A stretch of 21,485 nucleotides of DNA, taken from the NCBI GenBank assembly GCA_052055015.1, contig JBQJIT010000005.1. The stretch is one strand, 5' to 3'. The notes beneath the pieces were generated by a model. The model was not told the origin of the DNA and did not search any database. It saw nothing but the letters and a program-made list of their open reading frames with translations. The stretch's first letter is position 1; every line of letters starts with the position of its first letter. Positions 18,330 through 21,485 of the stretch are shown piece by piece. The DNA is from Malassezia furfur. Its lineage: Eukaryota. Both the position numbers and the translations under genes were made by a program.

Positions 18330-20072
18330 ATGGCGGTTCGGCGGACGACGCCGGCGCGGGCCGGGCGTGCGGAACGCGCGCCGCGTATGGACGCGCTTGC
18401 GCCGCGGAAACCAACGGGGCGCTACGTGTACGAATCGTCGGAAGATCAGAGCGATACGGACCCTGTGAATTGGCGCGACGTGCCGCGGCCCAAGTGGTGG
18501 GCAGACCTTGCGAGCGACGACGACGACGACGACGACGCCGATGAAGGCGAGCACACCGCCGACCTGTCCGCGGTGCGTCTTGCCAATGAGCTTGATCCAT
18601 GGGAGGCATGGGAGGCCGAGAGCCGGCGGCGCGCCTGGGTACGTCGCGTCCTAACCCAGCGGCCCATCTTGCACCAGGGCCCCGTACGTGTGCGGCACAC
18701 GTCGACGCCGCGTGCCGCGGACCGCAGCATTCAGGAGGTGTCGGACTTGCTGTCGCGCTTCCAACTGCAGCAAAAAGAAACCGAGCGCATCGAGCGCGAG
18801 TCGTTCGACCAGCGCAACGCCTCGCTTTGGGAGGGCATTGAGCAAGCGATCCGCGACGCCGAAAAGCGCGCGGTACACGAAGCTGAGCAGCTCGCGCACG
18901 CACGCAAACGCCAAGAGCAGGCCGAGGCTGAGGCGAAGCGCGCGCGCGAGGCCGAGCTCGCGCGCATCGAGCGCGAGAAGCGCGCGGCCGAAGAGGAGAA
19001 AGCGCGGGCCGCTGCCAAGGAAAAGGAGCTCGCCGAGCTCGCCCAGAAGGAGGGCGTGTACAATACAATGCGTGGTGGCGAGCGCATCTGGCCGATCGCT
19101 GCCAAGGAGTATGCGCACTGGCAGGCCGAAATGCGCACCATCAAAGAGGAGATTCTGCCCGCCGTCGCCGCGAATCCAGCATGGCGGAAGCAGTGCTTTG
19201 CCGCGAAACGTGCCATCACGCCCAAGATTGGACAGCTGACCAACTCGCGTGCAGAAATTGCACGCATCACGAATGCGATCGCCGCCGTGCTGCAGGAGGC
19301 CAAGGACGCGTCCGATACGCAGGCGCAGCGCTTCCTCTACTACTGGACGCTCAACCATCTCGCCAAGGGCCTCATCCGGCAGGCCGAGCAAGAGGTCGCC
19401 GCGCGGCAAGAGACGGCGTATCCCCTCGCGCGCACTGCGCTCGGGCTTATGCTCCGCGGCCACGGCGAGCTGGGCCATGTGCTCATGGCGCGCCTCGTGA
19501 AAAAGTGCCCCTACGTCTTGGGCTACGTCCCCGAGCGCCCGGCCGACGCCGACGAGCGCACGTACCGCAAAATGCTCGGTTTCCGCCCGGACACGGAGGA
19601 GTCGACGCACATGTACGTGTCGCGCATGGCGGGCATCGCCGCGCTCTACTTTGCGTGCCTGCAAACGGCGCTGCCGTCCGTCGCGCAGTGCAGCGGTCTG
19701 CCGCCGTCGGTGCCGCTGTCCGATGCGGCGCAGGCGGTGCCCGAGGTGCTGCGCCCTGCGCGGCTGTGGACGTGGCAGGTGCGGTGCACCACGCCGCCGG
19801 TCGCGCGGCAGTCGCTCGTCCCGTCGCTGTGGTGCACGTTCTTGGAGGTGGCCGGGATCGCTGCCCAGGAACGCTACGGCCGACAGGCACACAAGCTCTG
19901 GACGCTGCTCCTGGAAGAGGGCGTGCGCCACAAGCAGCTCGGACCAGCCGAGGCATCGGGCGACCAGGAGGCGCTGCACGCCGCGCGCGTGCGCCTCCAG
20001 CTTGTGCTCGAGTCGTGGCAAAAGACGCACTCGCTCGCCGAGCACGCGTCGGCGGGGCGGGAGATGGAATGA
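18330..20072 (+). CDS. GLE1: mRNA export factor Gle1, about 573 aa; exons 18330-18638, 18660-20072
   Basis: Acidic N-terminus, E/K/R/A-rich coiled coil, then GLE1 domain motifs ITPKIGQLTNS, LNHLAKGLIRQAEQEV...AYPLA, LMARLVKKCPY, YVSRMAGIAALYFA. Start 18330 chosen for GACCATGG context; 18387 is an alternative. Confidence 0.9.
   Translation: MAVRRTTPARAGRAERAPRMDALAPRKPTGRYVYESSEDQSDTDPVNWRDVPRPKWWADLASDDDDDDDADEGEHTADLSAVRLANELDPWEAWEAESRRRAWVRRVLTQRPILHQGPVRVRHTSTPRAADRSIQEVSDLLSRFQLQQKETERIERESFDQRNASLWEGIEQAIRDAEKRAVHEAEQLAHARKRQEQAEAEAKRAREAELARIEREKRAAEEEKARAAAKEKELAELAQKEGVYNTMRGGERIWPIAAKEYAHWQAEMRTIKEEILPAVAANPAWRKQCFAAKRAITPKIGQLTNSRAEIARITNAIAAVLQEAKDASDTQAQRFLYYWTLNHLAKGLIRQAEQEVAARQETAYPLARTALGLMLRGHGELGHVLMARLVKKCPYVLGYVPERPADADERTYRKMLGFRPDTEESTHMYVSRMAGIAALYFACLQTALPSVAQCSGLPPSVPLSDAAQAVPEVLRPARLWTWQVRCTTPPVARQSLVPSLWCTFLEVAGIAAQERYGRQAHKLWTLLLEEGVRHKQLGPAEASGDQEALHAARVRLQLVLESWQKTHSLAEHASAGREME
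18639..18659 (+). other. 21-nt stop-free in-frame intron (GLE1), hidden in an open ORF
   Basis: GTACGTCGCGTCCTAACCCAG matches the donor, branch and acceptor consensus and the modal length of the other introns; no protein-motif check available. Confidence 0.8.
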
Positions 20073-20082
20073 CTGTACATAG

Positions 20083-21405
20083 CTATACGGCGAAGCCAAA
20101 CGCTTCATTCCCGCTTCGCGCGCTCGCCGGCAGTGACCCCAACGTGTCCGGCACGTCGGGGATCGGCGGCAGTTCGCTTTCGGGGGGCGGACGCAGCGGC
20201 GGCAAGGGCTGCGACCGCCGGCGCGCCGTGAGCGAGCCGGGCGTGCGCCACTTGAATGCGCCCGACGCGCTGCGTTGCGGCGCAGGGTGCACGGGCGTCG
20301 ACACCGCGCGCGGTGCACTTGGTGCCGGCGCGAGAAGGCGCGCGGGTAGGAACGGCGACGCGGCGCGGCCCGCAACGGCACCGATCGCCGGCGCGAGCTG
20401 CGGCGAGGTGTCCGCAGGGGGGAAGAGCGCGCCGGCGAGCGACGTCGGCATGCTCCAGTGCCGTTGCGCACGTACGGATGCCTCGGCGCGCCGTACAGGC
20501 ATTTCGGGGGGCGCGTACACGTACGGCGCAGCGCGCTCGCGGTGCGAGCTGGTATCATGGGAAAGGTACGTCGGCCACGGCACGACGGGAATGTGCAGGT
20601 ACGACAGAGCAGGCGCCAGCCCCGTGGCCTCGCTCGAGGATGCCGCGAGGGGAGGGTACGACGGTTGCGCCGTATTCCACGCTGTCGGCGCCTCGGCAGT
20701 GTGCCAGTCGGCGGGCGCAAACGCGCTTGGCGGCTCCGCGGCGGCGGCGGCGGCGACCTCGGTGAAGCCATCGCCGGCGGGCGCCGACGAGTGCTGCGCG
20801 TCAAGCCAGGTGTCCACACTGTACTTGTTGTATGCACTGTGCTGCACCGCCGGGTCGGGCGCAGGTGCGGCCTGTGTGTCAATCACCGTATGCGTCGAGG
20901 CATCTGCGTCGTCGTTCGTCTCGGCGTCGGCACCCCACGACGACGGAGCGTCGGCGGATTGCGTGAGCACGATGGTAGGGCGCACACGCTGCGTCGAGGC
21001 AGTGCGTGTGGTGCCGCTGCTGGTGGCCCGTGTCGCGGAGCGCGACGGCGGCGCACCGACGAGCGGCATCGACAGCCGCTTGGACAGCCGCCGTGCCGTG
21101 GAGTGCTCGTGCGGCTTGAAGAGGCCCGCAAGCCAGCTCGAGCGCTCGCGCGGCGGAGTGTGGGAGCCATCGCGAGCGCGCTCATATTGCTGCGACGTGC
21201 GCCGCGCAGCCGGCGCAGCAGGGGGGGACTGGGCGCGTGTCGCCGATGGGGGTCCCTGCGTGCGCGGTGCCACGAGCTTGGGCCGCGACGTGACAAACGC
21301 CGACTCGTCCCAGCCCTTGCCCGGACTCGGCGGTAGGGGGGTCGCTGCAGTATGGTAGCGCGACAAGGCCGCGACCCAGCTTTCCCCCACGTCCGTGGGG
21401 TCCAT
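20083..21405 (-). CDS. Hypothetical Pro/Ala/Ser-rich, probably disordered protein (440 aa)
   Basis: ORF fills the space after GLE1, ends in TAG 10 bp from the GLE1 stop and has the CACGTG motif 29 nt upstream; no recognisable domain. Confidence 0.65.
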   Translation of the reverse strand: MDPTDVGESWVAALSRYHTAATPLPPSPGKGWDESAFVTSRPKLVAPRTQGPPSATRAQSPPAAPAARRTSQQYERARDGSHTPPRERSSWLAGLFKPHEHSTARRLSKRLSMPLVGAPPSRSATRATSSGTTRTASTQRVRPTIVLTQSADAPSSWGADAETNDDADASTHTVIDTQAAPAPDPAVQHSAYNKYSVDTWLDAQHSSAPAGDGFTEVAAAAAAEPPSAFAPADWHTAEAPTAWNTAQPSYPPLAASSSEATGLAPALSYLHIPVVPWPTYLSHDTSSHRERAAPYVYAPPEMPVRRAEASVRAQRHWSMPTSLAGALFPPADTSPQLAPAIGAVAGRAASPFLPARLLAPAPSAPRAVSTPVHPAPQRSASGAFKWRTPGSLTARRRSQPLPPLRPPPESELPPIPDVPDTLGSLPASARSGNEAFGFAV

Positions 21406-21433
21406 CTAGGCGCGAAGAGGGAAGGTGTCGAAA

Positions 21434-21445
21434 CCACGTGGCCAA
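21434..21445. promoter_or_regulatory. CCACGTGGCCAA (minus strand TTGGCCACGTGG) E/G-box
   Basis: CACGTG at 21435-21440, 29 nt before ATG 21405. Confidence 0.5.
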
Positions 21446-21485
21446 GTCGGTGGACGCGTCTATGTAATTAACTAGGCGGGGGGTT

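Noticed and set aside
18295..19068. Long N-terminal extension of the OGG1 ORF
   Set aside because: It is antisense to GLE1, starts at a non-ATG codon and is low complexity; OGG1 similarity begins near 18294.
20070..20075. GLE1 stop TGA-CTG as a readthrough signal
   Set aside because: The well-characterised fungal readthrough context is TGA-CTA; the extension would run antisense into the next gene and shows no evident targeting signal.

Overview
GC-rich, extremely compact eukaryotic (fungal) DNA. It is most consistent with a Malassezia-like basidiomycete yeast; this is inferred from gene content, density and intron style, not from a database match. Ten protein-coding genes fill almost the whole window: a YSC84/LSB3-type SYLF-domain gene (truncated at the left edge), GCN2, an aquaglyceroporin, RMT2, a GLFG nucleoporin (Nup49/Nup58-like), a full-length ABCB/MDR transporter, a Rad5/Rad16-type SNF2 ATPase, OGG1, GLE1 and a Pro/Ala-rich hypothetical gene. 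No RNA genes, mobile elements or CRISPR arrays were seen. Four things stand out. (1) There are 17 ultra-short spliceosomal introns of 21-26 nt with a fused branch-point/3' splice signal (CTVA-N-N-CAG, putative branch A at -6). One is GC-AG and six are stop-free in-frame 21-mers, two of which split the Walker A and Walker B motifs of the SNF2 ATPase. (2) A GCCACGTG (E/G-box) motif lies about 16-35 nt upstream of most start codons. (3) Intergenic gaps are only 2-84 bp for eight of the nine gene pairs. (4) RMT2 and the Nup49-like gene sit head-to-head across 46 bp. All intron calls are made by eye from splice consensus plus restoration of conserved protein motifs and need RNA-seq confirmation.
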